DNA of 64,000 nt. It comes from an uncultured virus (IMG/VR IMGVR_UViG_3300029914_000006) (Duplodnaviria; Heunggongvirae; Uroviricota; Caudoviricetes). The position numbers and the translations under genes were made by a program. The notes under the pieces are model-generated. The model did no database searches. It was not told the DNA's origin and saw only the letters and a program-made list of their open reading frames with translations. The stretch lies in the IMG/VR virus record IMGVR_UViG_3300029914_000006. The stretch is one strand, 5' to 3'. Below, piece after piece: positions 9,611-18,942 of this stretch; positions within the stretch are counted from its first letter, which is position 1, and every line of letters starts with the position of its first letter.

Positions 9611-11644
9611 ATGACGAAATTATACGCCACTATCGCTTTCGCATTCATGGCGGTTCTTGCTTCCGCGCAGACGAACCGTTTCCCGCCGATCAACCTCTAC
9701 ACCGGTGATCCGACAGGTGTAGCCTGCACTATCCCGAATAGTTTAGTGCAAAGCACTACAACTGAGGGGATTTACGGCTGTACCATCGGGGGAGTTTATG
9801 CTCCTCTCCCTCCAGATGCCACCAAACTCCCGCTCACCGGAGGAACGATCAACGGGAACCTCAACGTCACAGGCAATGCTACCCTTCCAAACATCGTAGG
9901 CCCAACAACGCTCACCGGCCTGCTGAACGGAACAGATGCAACTTTCTCAGACACCGTCGCGGCTACAACTGAGACTTCATGCGTCAACAATAGGACCCTG
10001 AACCCTACTTGCCCTACTTATGGAGCTGACCCGACAGGAGTAGCTGACTCCACTTCTGCCATAAATACCGCATGCTCCGTGGCATATTATGGGAATTTAC
10101 AAGTCAAACTTCCAGCGGGAATCTACAAAGTCTCTGGACAACTCACGAACTGCGGATCTCTGCCTATAGGTTTTTTTGGGAGTGGCGTAGCGAACACAAT
10201 TATCAAAAACTACAGCACCACGGCCTATATTTTCCCAGTCACCTATAGTATTTTAGGCGGCGGGACCACAACCACAACTGCCGCGCAATTTAAGGATTTT
10301 CAGATTGTTCAAGCGCCCGGTGTGACGCCCACTGCGGGTGGTGCGTTCCTAATCGGATCTGGTGTTACTGGCTATTACACAGTTGGGTTACGAATCGAAG
10401 ATGTAACAATCAACAACATGTGGGGTGGCCTTTATTTTCAGCAGGGACAGATTTCCAACTGGGTCAATAATGTATATGTAGTTTGGTCAACCAGCGGGGG
10501 GAATGGCTGCATTTATTACAATAGTGCCGTTCCAAGTGGGGATGATCATATCAACGATGTAGAGTGCAACGGGGCAAATACAGGAGTAACCATCGCCCAG
10601 TCTGACACGACAGAATACTCTAACCTGAAAACCAATGGATCGGGGGTCGTGTTCACAGGTAGCGCAATGACAGCCAATGTTCGATTTATTGATCCTTCGA
10701 TTGAGAATGCTCCCGCCTGCGGGTTCGATTTTGGTGTTGGTACACCACCTACTGAAACACAGATATTTGGCGGAGGCGTTGGAAATACAATTCACGCCCT
10801 TTGCAACGAATCAAATGCGACTAACCTTATGTATTACTTCAACAATTACAACAATAGCGGAGATGGATCTACTAGCGGCGGAAGTCAGGTGGCGGGAAAG
10901 ATTTTCACTTCTGAAACTTTCAATACCCACTCTACTGTGGATTGCTCAACAGCAGTTCCCTTTGTGTGTGGAGCAAACAACGCTGAGAGTTATACGCAGC
11001 TTTATGGCTACTCTAATGAAAGCCCCTCCGCTTTGACTTTCGGTCCAGTATCTGGCGCTATTGCTAACCAAAGTCAGGGATGGATAGGAATCGAACCTGA
11101 CGGAGCGTATTCGGGACGATTGGCATGGTTTGTACCGAAGGTAGGTAATGGAACACATACCGCGAGTGATGCAATTAGGGCATGCACTGTTTTAGGGGAA
11201 CCCTCAAACAGTCAGGTATACATGCGATGCAATGGAGGAATGTTCATTGGTCCTGATGCGTCGAGCGCCGATCCGGGTGTAAATAATCTTTCCGTATATG
11301 GGAACATCACAACTCAAGGAAGTTACGGAAACATGAACGGGCTGATTATTCCCTCTACGGTCAAAGGTAGCACAGGTACAGCTACGGGATACATCGAGAT
11401 CGCGCAATTGTGCACGACTGGGAGTATCACACCATCTGGAAGCGCAGGAGGTACGGCATCTGGAACGTGCACTCTGGCAACTTCGGCCACGGGCCAAACG
11501 GGTATCGCAGCGGCAAACGATGGAACCGTACAGGCTGGGTTGATATCGCAAGTGTCCGTCAATGGGACAACGGCGACTGTGACGATCACTACAGTGATAG
11601 CGGGATCGCCTTTAGCTAAAGCCTACAACGTCAAAGTATTTTAA
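9611..11644 (+). CDS. Tailspike / beta-helix depolymerase-like protein with signal peptide (alternative start 9593)
   Basis: KLPLTGGTINGNL fibre motif and YGADPTGVADSTSAINTA..VKLPAGIYKV pectate-lyase-3-type start, followed by Asn/Gly/Thr-rich beta repeats. Confidence 0.8.
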   Translation: MTKLYATIAFAFMAVLASAQTNRFPPINLYTGDPTGVACTIPNSLVQSTTTEGIYGCTIGGVYAPLPPDATKLPLTGGTINGNLNVTGNATLPNIVGPTTLTGLLNGTDATFSDTVAATTETSCVNNRTLNPTCPTYGADPTGVADSTSAINTACSVAYYGNLQVKLPAGIYKVSGQLTNCGSLPIGFFGSGVANTIIKNYSTTAYIFPVTYSILGGGTTTTTAAQFKDFQIVQAPGVTPTAGGAFLIGSGVTGYYTVGLRIEDVTINNMWGGLYFQQGQISNWVNNVYVVWSTSGGNGCIYYNSAVPSGDDHINDVECNGANTGVTIAQSDTTEYSNLKTNGSGVVFTGSAMTANVRFIDPSIENAPACGFDFGVGTPPTETQIFGGGVGNTIHALCNESNATNLMYYFNNYNNSGDGSTSGGSQVAGKIFTSETFNTHSTVDCSTAVPFVCGANNAESYTQLYGYSNESPSALTFGPVSGAIANQSQGWIGIEPDGAYSGRLAWFVPKVGNGTHTASDAIRACTVLGEPSNSQVYMRCNGGMFIGPDASSADPGVNNLSVYGNITTQGSYGNMNGLIIPSTVKGSTGTATGYIEIAQLCTTGSITPSGSAGGTASGTCTLATSATGQTGIAAANDGTVQAGLISQVSVNGTTATVTITTVIAGSPLAKAYNVKVF

Positions 11645-11698
11645 GCTGCATAACCACTTCGTTTCTTGAACGCGAAGGACGCAAATAAAGGGAATCGC

Positions 11699-12163
11699 AT
11701 GACGCCCGGACAGATGGCAGAGCAGATTTCGGCGCACAATGAACGCCTAAAGAGCGTCGAGCAGGGCGTCTCCAATTTTCGATCATTCCAAATTGAATCC
11801 CGTGCATTCCAAATTGAATCCCGCGAATTCTTTACGGAGTATCGCGCAGTGCGCCAGGAGCGCGAAGAGGCTGAAAGGAGGCACGATGCGGAGCGCAAAG
11901 AGCGCGAGGCGCACGCCGATGCACGAAGGAAAGAAAACCGATCAAGCAGAATCGCCATTGCCAGCATACTCACGCTGATCTGTCTGCCGCCTGCAAGCTG
12001 GGTGAGCACTCGATTTGTCCGTTACGCGTCGGATATTTACCAGATCGTGCAGGAGTGGGAGACTGTGCACAAGTCGGAGATTCAGCAAAAAAACTCGACC
12101 GGGCAATCAGATCCAGCGTATTCTATGAACAAGAATACTCAAACCGCAGCAGGAGAAAACTAG
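11699..12163 (+). CDS. Coiled-coil membrane protein
   Basis: Charged coiled coil, then a TM-like segment IAIASILTLICLPP. Contains a near-perfect 21-bp tandem duplication at 11786-11827 (FQIESR twice). Confidence 0.6.
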   Translation: MTPGQMAEQISAHNERLKSVEQGVSNFRSFQIESRAFQIESREFFTEYRAVRQEREEAERRHDAERKEREAHADARRKENRSSRIAIASILTLICLPPASWVSTRFVRYASDIYQIVQEWETVHKSEIQQKNSTGQSDPAYSMNKNTQTAAGEN

Positions 12164-12259
12164 ATGCCCAAGAAAATCGTAAAGAAGGCCAGCGCAAAAC
12201 CGAAGCCAGCAGACAAGCCGTACCCTTTCGGCAAGCCCAGCGGACCCGTCAACGCATGA
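12164..12259 (+). CDS. Small basic peptide MPKKIVKKASAKPKPADKPYPFGKPSGPVNA
   Basis: AGGAG RBS upstream and coupled to the next ORF. Below the ORF-track length cutoff. Confidence 0.5.
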   Translation: MPKKIVKKASAKPKPADKPYPFGKPSGPVNA

Positions 12260-12585
12260 TTTTCCGCACCACAACCCGCAAGCAACTCCCCGCTCCACTT
12301 CCGCAGCCCGCTAGGTGGCCCCGGCTCATCGGCGACCACCTACCGTGCGTTCTGTGCGCTGGCGTGCCATGCCACTGCGAAGCTACGCGCGAGTCGGGCA
12401 AGGAATAGGCGTGTCTTCTTTCTGGCACTCTGCGCACTTCTCCGCGTGCACCGCCTGCATACGTTGAGCTTCGAGCGCCCACTGCGCATAAAGCGTCTGC
12501 AAGTCTTTGGCCCCCATTAGCGGATTAGCCATCCAGTCCCGCGCATGAGCCTCGGCCATGCGTAGCATGTTCATTTCACTACACA

Positions 12586-12798
12586 TCACAGTTCACCTCG
12601 CTCGCGCCGGTTAGCGCGATCCTGCCAAAAAGCATCGTCGAAGTTCAGTCGGCACTGCTCACTACACACACGCTTCTGCACCTTACCGATGCGCACAGAC
12701 TCAAGCACGTGATCGCCCTTTGCGATATGCTTTCCGCACTCCGAGCAAGCGCATGGTTTCAGCGCAACGCCCACAATAAAGTCGCTCCCGATCAGCAT
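12586..12798 (-). CDS. Small zinc-finger protein
   Basis: CSECGKHI...VCSEQC; directly follows dnaB. Confidence 0.55.
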   Translation of the reverse strand: MLIGSDFIVGVALKPCACSECGKHIAKGDHVLESVRIGKVQKRVCSEQCRLNFDDAFWQDRANRRERGEL

Positions 12799-12799
12799 A

Positions 12800-14158
12800 T
12801 CAATCCTCCCCTTTGTCTTGATAATTGCTCGAACTCCCGCCCTCGTATCGGTCCACAAAGCCGCCCCATGGATTCGCCTTGATTCCAATCGGCTCTATCC
12901 CCTGCAATTCGCGCATTTTGCCGATAAAGCAGAAGTCCTCCCCGGTGTATCGCTTCTCTTTGCGTTCACGATGGAGCAAAAGGATCATCTGCGCAGCCTG
13001 CTCGAACTGGCTGGCTCCGAAGATCATTTCAATGTCTGGGTACAGGTTCAGGTCGTTCGGAGGGCTGCGCCTGAGTTGTGCTAGCGCGATTGTGCGGCAG
13101 TAGTCGCGGGCGATGTGCCGCAAGGTCTCCGCTTGCTTTGGAGCGGCCTTGATCGCGTCACCCTTCGCCGTGGGTACGATTAGAAGCTGCGCATAGTCCA
13201 CGAGGATCAGATCCGCCTTCCAGCGCTTGGAGGCTAGCACGGCGCGGGATCGATAATCGCTGCACGTCAGTTCGTGCGTGTCGTCGATGAAAATTGGCAG
13301 GTCTAGCAGTTCCTCACGGGCGTTGCGGATTGCCTGGCGCTCTTCCGGCCGCAAGCACCGAGGATCGCGCATGTGCGAAACCGGGATTCGCGCCATATAG
13401 CGCAGCATCCGGCGCACAAGCTGCCAGCTTTTCATCTCCATGGACTGAAAATGCACGCGCAGACCATTCCGCGCATTCTCGACCGCGATCTGGATAGCCG
13501 CCTCAGTCTTGCCTTGCCCTGGGCGTGCGCAGAGCAGACAAAGCTCATTGTCTTGCAAGCCAGCAGTGATGCGCGAAAGCTCTGGCGTAAACAGACTTGC
13601 TCCCAGCACCCCGGTAAACGGCGCGTCAGCCTGATCCTCAAACCGCATCGCGTCCTCGACCACGATAGCGTCGATCTCTCGCCCGTGGCTAGAAACGCGC
13701 GAGGATGCCTCCAGAACCGCGTCTGACATTTCCCCCGCTAAATCCTGCGCTGGCGTTCCACCGTCCGCAGCGCGGCCCTGCACAGCGCCGGCAATCTGCA
13801 TTAGGCGACGTGCTAGTGATTTGTCGCGAACGATGCGGAGGTATTCGGCGATTACCGGCCTGCGTGGTAGCCCCTCTGTGAGCGCCGCGATGAAGGACAC
13901 GCCGCCCACCGCCTCAAGCTCCTTGGTTCCGCGCAGTTCGTGCGCAACGGTCACGAGGTCAACCGGCTTTTGAGCGTCCATCAGACGGCACATTGCGGAC
14001 CACGTACGCTGATGGCTGTCGAGATAAAAGTCCTGCGCCTCGATGCCAGATTCCTGCGCCTCGTAGAAGGCCTGGTTTTCGAGCATGGTCGCGCCAAGGA
14101 TAGTTTGCTCGGCTTGCGTGTTGCAGGGCATACCTGCGTCTAGCGTTAGATCGGTCAT
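12800..14158 (-). CDS. dnaB: Replicative DNA helicase
   Basis: N-terminal AEQTILG..DFY..HQ, Walker A ARPGQGKT, SMEM, VDYAQL, AQLRR, EQAA motifs. Confidence 0.95.
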   Translation of the reverse strand: MTDLTLDAGMPCNTQAEQTILGATMLENQAFYEAQESGIEAQDFYLDSHQRTWSAMCRLMDAQKPVDLVTVAHELRGTKELEAVGGVSFIAALTEGLPRRPVIAEYLRIVRDKSLARRLMQIAGAVQGRAADGGTPAQDLAGEMSDAVLEASSRVSSHGREIDAIVVEDAMRFEDQADAPFTGVLGASLFTPELSRITAGLQDNELCLLCARPGQGKTEAAIQIAVENARNGLRVHFQSMEMKSWQLVRRMLRYMARIPVSHMRDPRCLRPEERQAIRNAREELLDLPIFIDDTHELTCSDYRSRAVLASKRWKADLILVDYAQLLIVPTAKGDAIKAAPKQAETLRHIARDYCRTIALAQLRRSPPNDLNLYPDIEMIFGASQFEQAAQMILLLHRERKEKRYTGEDFCFIGKMRELQGIEPIGIKANPWGGFVDRYEGGSSSNYQDKGED

Positions 14159-14463
14159 TGCGCACCGCCAGGCGCACTCAGTATCCGCGGCTTCGAGTTC
14201 ATCTCCCCGAGGATAGTCCCAAGGTCCAGCAGCGCAGACTCTCCATCTTTACGCGGTCGCTCTCCCAGATCCTTCAGCGCTCGGAACACACGCGCTGGGT
14301 CTTCCTGCGCAAGTCTAGCGCTCATCAGGTTGAGATACATCTCGTTCATCTGCGCACCGCGATAGCAGTGTACTTCCGTCAGTGCGAACATTACCCGCGA
14401 CACCCGCGAGGCAATTTGCGAGGATGTCTCGGTTTGATTCGATCTTTCCAGCTTGTTTTCCAT
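14155..14463 (-). CDS. Putative helicase loader (P position)
   Basis: Lies between the initiator and dnaB and overlaps both. Call is by position only. Confidence 0.45.
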   Translation of the reverse strand: MENKLERSNQTETSSQIASRVSRVMFALTEVHCYRGAQMNEMYLNLMSARLAQEDPARVFRALKDLGERPRKDGESALLDLGTILGEMNSKPRILSAPGGAQ

Positions 14464-15136
14464 TGGTGCCTCCCATGGTGATTGTTCTGCCGCTATCTTG
14501 CGATCTTGTAAGCCAGGAAACGATAGCTCGATTGATCCCCTTCGGAGTTTTCTTCCGCGTAGGGTTCGCGTCCATCCAAACTTTCATCCGCTTGAGCTCT
14601 GATTTCACATCTACGCCCGGAAACGCCTGCTGCCATTCGGACACTTGCTGCTTGGAAATCTCGTGCATATCCCCTCCGAGTAGCGGAAGGGTTCCCGCCA
14701 GTTCTTCCGGCGGAACGCTCCGCGCAATAGTCTTTTTCTGTTCTGTTCTGTTCTGTTCTGTTCTGTTCTGGTGCGTTTCATTTTGCGTTTCATCGCGTTT
14801 CTGAAACGTTTCAGACTGTTTCAATGCTTGTCTTGCGCGGAATTTGTTGACCCTTTCCGTGCTTGAGTCCGACACAAATTGGCGCTTATTCCAGTTCAAA
14901 ACAGCCCAATTTTCATCGATAAAACCCTTCGCTTGAAACGATGATTTTGTTTCATGAAACGTTTCGTTATCGTTGCACCCGAGCCCATACTTCAACTCAT
15001 CCTCTGAGAGTTTTTCGGTGAGCCCGGAGCTACGCAGGCAAAACAGGCGAATAAGCCGGATCTGTAGAGAATCGCTCATAGTGCGAATTTTTGGGTCGGT
15101 GGCGAATTCCGCGTACATCCTGAACCATTGGTTCAT
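14315..15136 (-). CDS. Phage replication initiator (O-like)
   Basis: N-terminal WFRMYAEFATDPK, WNKRQFVSDSSTERVNKFR, internal iterons, and C-terminal FPGVDV..ELKRMKVWMDANPTRKKT. Confidence 0.85.
   Translation of the reverse strand: MNQWFRMYAEFATDPKIRTMSDSLQIRLIRLFCLRSSGLTEKLSEDELKYGLGCNDNETFHETKSSFQAKGFIDENWAVLNWNKRQFVSDSSTERVNKFRARQALKQSETFQKRDETQNETHQNRTEQNRTEQKKTIARSVPPEELAGTLPLLGGDMHEISKQQVSEWQQAFPGVDVKSELKRMKVWMDANPTRKKTPKGINRAIVSWLTRSQDSGRTITMGGTNGKQAGKIESNRDILANCLAGVAGNVRTDGSTLLSRCADERDVSQPDER
14736..14970. repeat. Probable replication origin: (TTCTG)7 plus GTTTCA/TGAAAC iterons inside the initiator gene
   Basis: TTCTG x7 at 14736-14770. Repeated CGTTTC/GAAACG at about 14773-14812 and 14934-14965. 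Confidence 0.65.
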
Positions 15137-15241
15137 ATCCCTCCTTCAAGGGCGCTCCGGGGGAGTGAAGGCTCCCCCGAAACTGGACGCGGTGATCAGG
15201 CCGCATCGTGTGATCCTCTGCGTGGCGCGTCGGATCATTCA

Positions 15242-15270
15242 AGTATACATCAAGCCTAGATGCGCTTCAA
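15242..15270 (-). promoter_or_regulatory. Sigma70-type promoter for the replication genes
   Basis: Minus strand TTGAAG-17 nt-TATACT. Confidence 0.7.
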
Positions 15271-15274
15271 ATAG

Positions 15275-15532
15275 CTAACAAGTGCCGTCGCCGGAGCCAT
15301 AGCCGTAGCCGGAGCCATAGCCGGAGCCGTCGCCGTCGCCGGAGCCGTAGCCATAGCCGTCGCCGTAGCCATAGCCGGAGCCGTCGCCGGAGCCATAGCC
15401 GTAGCCGGAGCCATAGCCGGAGCCGTCGCCGTCGCCGGAGCCGTAGCCATAGCCGTCGCCGTCGCCGGAGCCGGAGCCGGAGCTATAGCCGGAGCCGTGA
15501 TACTTACTTTTTGTCTTCGATGAATCTGACAT
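15275..15532 (-). CDS. Gly-X (GS/GD/GY) repeat protein
   Basis: Nearly pure GGC-NNN hexamer repeat. Overlaps the end of the DUF6948-like gene. Confidence 0.6.
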   Translation of the reverse strand: MSDSSKTKSKYHGSGYSSGSGSGDGDGYGYGSGDGDGSGYGSGYGYGSGDGSGYGYGDGYGYGSGDGDGSGYGSGYGYGSGDGTC

Positions 15533-15866
15533 AAGTGGCCTCCGCCTCTGCTGTTGTGGGGATGAACTCGATGGCGTTCGTGAGGTAGATTTCTCCCGTG
15601 ATATTCAAGCGTCCTCCCTTGATTCCCTGCGAGGCAACCACAGAGAGAGATAGACCGCCTCCCTCCCATTTCCATAGTCGCAGAGCGTTTTCGAGCTTCA
15701 CTTCCATCTCGTTGACGAAAACCACATCGCCGATATGCACGCCTGCGCTGTACGTGCGAATCAGGCATCTACGCCCGATCATTGGGTGGACTGGTTTTGT
15801 GGCACTATTGCCAAAGAACGCTGCGAGTTGCTTTGCCTGCCCGATTGTCAAATCTTCGATGTTCAT
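15504..15866 (-). CDS. DUF6948-like phage protein
   Basis: MIGRRCLIRTYSAGVHIG..LENALRLWKW..LSLS.VA motif; AGGAG RBS. Confidence 0.75.
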   Translation of the reverse strand: MNIEDLTIGQAKQLAAFFGNSATKPVHPMIGRRCLIRTYSAGVHIGDVVFVNEMEVKLENALRLWKWEGGGLSLSVVASQGIKGGRLNITGEIYLTNAIEFIPTTAEAEATYVRFIEDKK

Positions 15867-15940
15867 TTTTCTCCTTCGACGCTGCTGGTTGAAGTGCGTT
15901 ATCGGTTAGCTATCCCACTGCAACTGCGCACAGCGTCAAG

Positions 15941-16348
15941 CTATTTCGCCAGCGCTTCGATGAAGTCCTGCAGGTCTTTGGCGTCCTGCTTGAAATCAAC
16001 TTCGCAGTTCACCGCGACACGCTTGGCGTCTTCCCAGTTCTTCAGCGTCTCATTTCGCGCAGCTACTAGTCGAATAAGCTCCTGCGCCTGCTCGGCGCTC
16101 ATCGCGCTCACTGCCTCGATGCTCAACGTTTGCGCCTTCGGTGTGCGCTTGGTGTCCTTGTCGCTACGCGGAGAGCGCGCGGGTGGTTCTGGCGACGGAA
16201 CGGGGAGCGTAAGATGTGCGATTCTCTCTGCACTCGTCATTCCATCGCGGCCGCGCTCTGATTCGGGTTCTGGTGCGCTCAGGTTCATGGCGGCCAATCG
16301 TGCGGTTGCGGCCTCAAATGTCTCTGCGTCAAGTTCTAGTTTATTCAC
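15941..16348 (-). CDS. Hypothetical protein
   Basis: 135 aa ORF coupled within the early operon. Confidence 0.55.
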   Translation of the reverse strand: MNKLELDAETFEAATARLAAMNLSAPEPESERGRDGMTSAERIAHLTLPVPSPEPPARSPRSDKDTKRTPKAQTLSIEAVSAMSAEQAQELIRLVAARNETLKNWEDAKRVAVNCEVDFKQDAKDLQDFIEALAK

Positions 16349-16505
16349 TTTTTTCCTCAGCTTTCTTTGATGCGCGATATTCCCTTAATTCGCTCATCGC
16401 GTCCGAATACCCTTCCCAGTTGTCTACGCCCATATTTTCAAGAGCGCTCAGTTTTTCTTCCGCCTCAATTAGTTCCTTGAGGCGTGATTCGGTAATCTCT
16501 GGCAT
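16341..16505 (-). CDS. Small phage protein (GVDNWEGY family)
   Basis: LSALENMGVDNWEGYSDA motif; GAGG RBS. Confidence 0.7.
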   Translation of the reverse strand: MPEITESRLKELIEAEEKLSALENMGVDNWEGYSDAMSELREYRASKKAEEKSE

Positions 16506-16563
16506 TTCATCCTCGTTTCTGGTTGGTGCTGCGCTGTGGTTGTAGTGCGTATCGCGAGAGTGC

Positions 16564-16806
16564 CTAGCCTCGTGCAAGTCTCAACTTAATCTCCTCAGGC
16601 AAAAGTGCAAGGAACTCATCGGTCACTGCATCCGAAAGTCCTGCCCCCGCGTTGCGTCCGCACTTAATCAAAATTCCTCGCAGACGTGCGATGCGCTCGA
16701 TTAGTTCTCGAACGAATACATCATTGAATGTAGTGTCGAGTTCTGTTCCTGCAAGGGCCTCGCTATGCGCCTCTTTCAAGTCTTGCGGTATATTCAAATC
16801 GTCCAT
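16564..16806 (-). CDS. Hypothetical protein
   Basis: Same RBS-start string (GAGGATGAAATG) as the adjacent gene. Confidence 0.6.
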   Translation of the reverse strand: MDDLNIPQDLKEAHSEALAGTELDTTFNDVFVRELIERIARLRGILIKCGRNAGAGLSDAVTDEFLALLPEEIKLRLARG

Positions 16807-16950
16807 TTCATCCTCAATTCTTGGTACCGAAGCGCCAACGGCGCAGGCACTGTAGTGCCTATTCAGCGCGGTACTGGTTCGCGTCGTCCAGTAGCTCGGG
16901 CGGCTCGATGGTTCCGCGCCGAAGTGTGAAGACTACGATAAAGCGCGTCA

Positions 16951-17364
16951 TCAATCTACCTTCTCGACTGAAATCACTGTGCGCTCTGGTAGGCCGTAGT
17001 GCTTGACTGCCTTGATGCCGACGACCTGCCCATCATCGTAGTACAGGATTCCTGTCAGCGCGTCCAAGGTGGCGCGGCAGAGCTTGTCTATGTCCGGCTT
17101 CGTTGGAGGGTGCGTCCACGCCTTACGGTGGCCCTTTGGGCGCTTGAGGTAGAAGTCGCACTGCACAGAAACCGCAACGTGTGGGCCTGCGAAAATCGCA
17201 TCGCTGTCCCGCGCGGTGAGTGCAGCGTATCCAACTGCTTGCCGATAGGGAATCGTGTGCGCGTTGTCGCAGGTTAGCTTGGCTTTTCCGTTGACAACAT
17301 AGCCGCGCATACTTCCCTGTGGCGCTGCGCGTCCTAGGACCTCGAACTTGATGTAATAGCTCAT
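16951..17364 (-). CDS. rusA: Holliday junction resolvase RusA
   Basis: PQGS and KPDIDKLCRATLDALTGILYYDDGQV catalytic motif. Confidence 0.93.
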   Translation of the reverse strand: MSYYIKFEVLGRAAPQGSMRGYVVNGKAKLTCDNAHTIPYRQAVGYAALTARDSDAIFAGPHVAVSVQCDFYLKRPKGHRKAWTHPPTKPDIDKLCRATLDALTGILYYDDGQVVGIKAVKHYGLPERTVISVEKVD

Positions 17365-17366
17365 CT

Positions 17367-17876
17367 TTAACGCCTCCAAGCAAAATCACCATGAATTTGT
17401 TTCGCTACCAAGCAATACTTTTCGTAGGCTAATTCCGGAGTATCAAATAAACCAAGATAGCTACGCTTTCCTTTTACTTCTATGCAAGCGCGCCACTTCT
17501 TGTCGCGCTTATACCACGAGACTCCCTTGAATCCACTTTTATTATTTCTCTGTGGGCCCCGGTTACATTGATTCTGCGATGAAGTTGCAATTCTTAGGTT
17601 TTCATCCCGGTTATCTAAAGTGGCTTGATTTTTATGCTCTCCTTGGCGCTTGTCTCCGAACTTAAGTCCTAGAATTTCACGATGCATTCCAATCACCACG
17701 CGTCTACCGTTTTCGAGTTTAATCTTTCGGAAGGCATAAAATGTTCGCGTGTGGGAAATCCAGCATGCCCACCACTTATATGCATTCAACTCATCAAATC
17801 GATGCGCAGAAACAAGCGCAACTTGTCCCTGAGTGAGCGGAATTTCGCGGTACAATGGCGTAGATGGGGTTGTCAT
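17367..17876 (-). CDS. HNH-AP2 homing endonuclease
   Basis: IPLTQG, MHREI..EHKNQATLDNRDENLR, SGFKGVSW..KWRA..YLGLF..HGDFA. Confidence 0.9.
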   Translation of the reverse strand: MTTPSTPLYREIPLTQGQVALVSAHRFDELNAYKWWACWISHTRTFYAFRKIKLENGRRVVIGMHREILGLKFGDKRQGEHKNQATLDNRDENLRIATSSQNQCNRGPQRNNKSGFKGVSWYKRDKKWRACIEVKGKRSYLGLFDTPELAYEKYCLVAKQIHGDFAWRR

Positions 17877-17932
17877 GATTCGCCCTCCCAGGCGATAAGG
17901 CTTGCCGGTGCTGATAACACCTGACAGCCCCA

Positions 17933-18166
17933 TTATACAACGATTTCTACATTAAATGCACGCGATTGTTTGTCCTCTTGGGGCACGCGCCCAATCAGCC
18001 CCTTGACGCGTGCGCCGATCTCTGGCACAGTGCGCTCCTTGGCGTAGTTTTTGTGGCAGAAAAGCGTTTCCCCCGCGTCTGTGCGCACCCAGAAAATATC
18101 CTTGTGCGTGACTGTGTTCTCTACCACTCCGGTAAATCTCTCTGCGTTGGTCACTTTCAAGCTCAT
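17933..18166 (-). CDS. Cold-shock/OB-fold-like small protein
   Basis: FTGVV..FWVRTDAGETLFCH..GARV..RAFNV resembles a CSD fold. Confidence 0.5.
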   Translation of the reverse strand: MSLKVTNAERFTGVVENTVTHKDIFWVRTDAGETLFCHKNYAKERTVPEIGARVKGLIGRVPQEDKQSRAFNVEIVV

Positions 18167-18182
18167 GATTTCCTTTCTGCTG

Positions 18183-18935
18183 TTAGTCCAAAAATGCAAG
18201 ATCAGAGTCCGTAAGGCCAAGCTCGCCGAAGTCCTGCACGGGACGCTCAGGCTCTGCAACTTCCGGAGCACGCAACTTCAGCCGCTCGATTGTCGCGTCA
18301 ACGTCCGCAAGGAACCTATCCGTCGCTTCGCGCATCTTGGCAATTTGCTCCTCACATTCAGCGCGATGCAAGCGTATAGTGAACTGTTGATAGCGCCTCG
18401 GAAGGATAGGGCCAAACATCTCCGGGTTGTTGCTCATACCTCCATCGCGGCTGATCCAATCAATCCACTCTAATTCTGTATCAACCATGAATCCGAACCA
18501 TAACTGCGGCAAGTTACCTTCAGGTATCGCGCCCAGGTCCAGCGTTTGAAGGTGTGTTGTCGTCGTAGGCCCTTTGATCTCGACTGCGCCATTCACGCCC
18601 ACCAATCCATCTGGGCTATAAGCTGTGCGCTCGTTGTCTCCGATGATGATGCCAACAGTCTCCACCATGACGCCCTCTTCAAGCTCATAGAAGGCGCGGG
18701 CTGGACCTTCGGCGAATGTTCCGGCGCGCATCGGAGCAGAAACGAACTTGTCTTGAACCGCGATGCCGCTGAGGATCTGCGCGACGATCTCCAGTCGGTA
18801 GAGTTTGCGCTTGCTGCCCTCGACTCCAGCCTTTGTAAAATCGAGTATTGCAGCGGAGTTGGACGCGGTGGCACGTCCGCAGCGCTCTTGGTGCCAATCA
18901 TCTGTGCCCTGTGCGAAGTTGCGTAAAATCTTCAT
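18183..18935 (-). CDS. Lambda-exonuclease / YqaJ family recombination nuclease
   Basis: QGTDDWHQERCGRATAS, GTFAEGPAR, YSPDGLVG..VEIKGP. Confidence 0.92.
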   Translation of the reverse strand: MKILRNFAQGTDDWHQERCGRATASNSAAILDFTKAGVEGSKRKLYRLEIVAQILSGIAVQDKFVSAPMRAGTFAEGPARAFYELEEGVMVETVGIIIGDNERTAYSPDGLVGVNGAVEIKGPTTTTHLQTLDLGAIPEGNLPQLWFGFMVDTELEWIDWISRDGGMSNNPEMFGPILPRRYQQFTIRLHRAECEEQIAKMREATDRFLADVDATIERLKLRAPEVAEPERPVQDFGELGLTDSDLAFLD

Positions 18936-18942
18936 AGTCTCC

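Noticed and set aside
15286..15497. CRISPR array or DGR-like repeat
   Set aside because: It is a contiguous hexamer coding repeat with no unique spacers, and no cas or reverse transcriptase gene is present.
15504..15515. -1 frameshift at C AAA AAG fusing the DUF6948-like gene to the Gly repeat
   Set aside because: The Gly-repeat frame is +1 relative to the DUF6948-like frame, so a classical -1 slip would not reach it.
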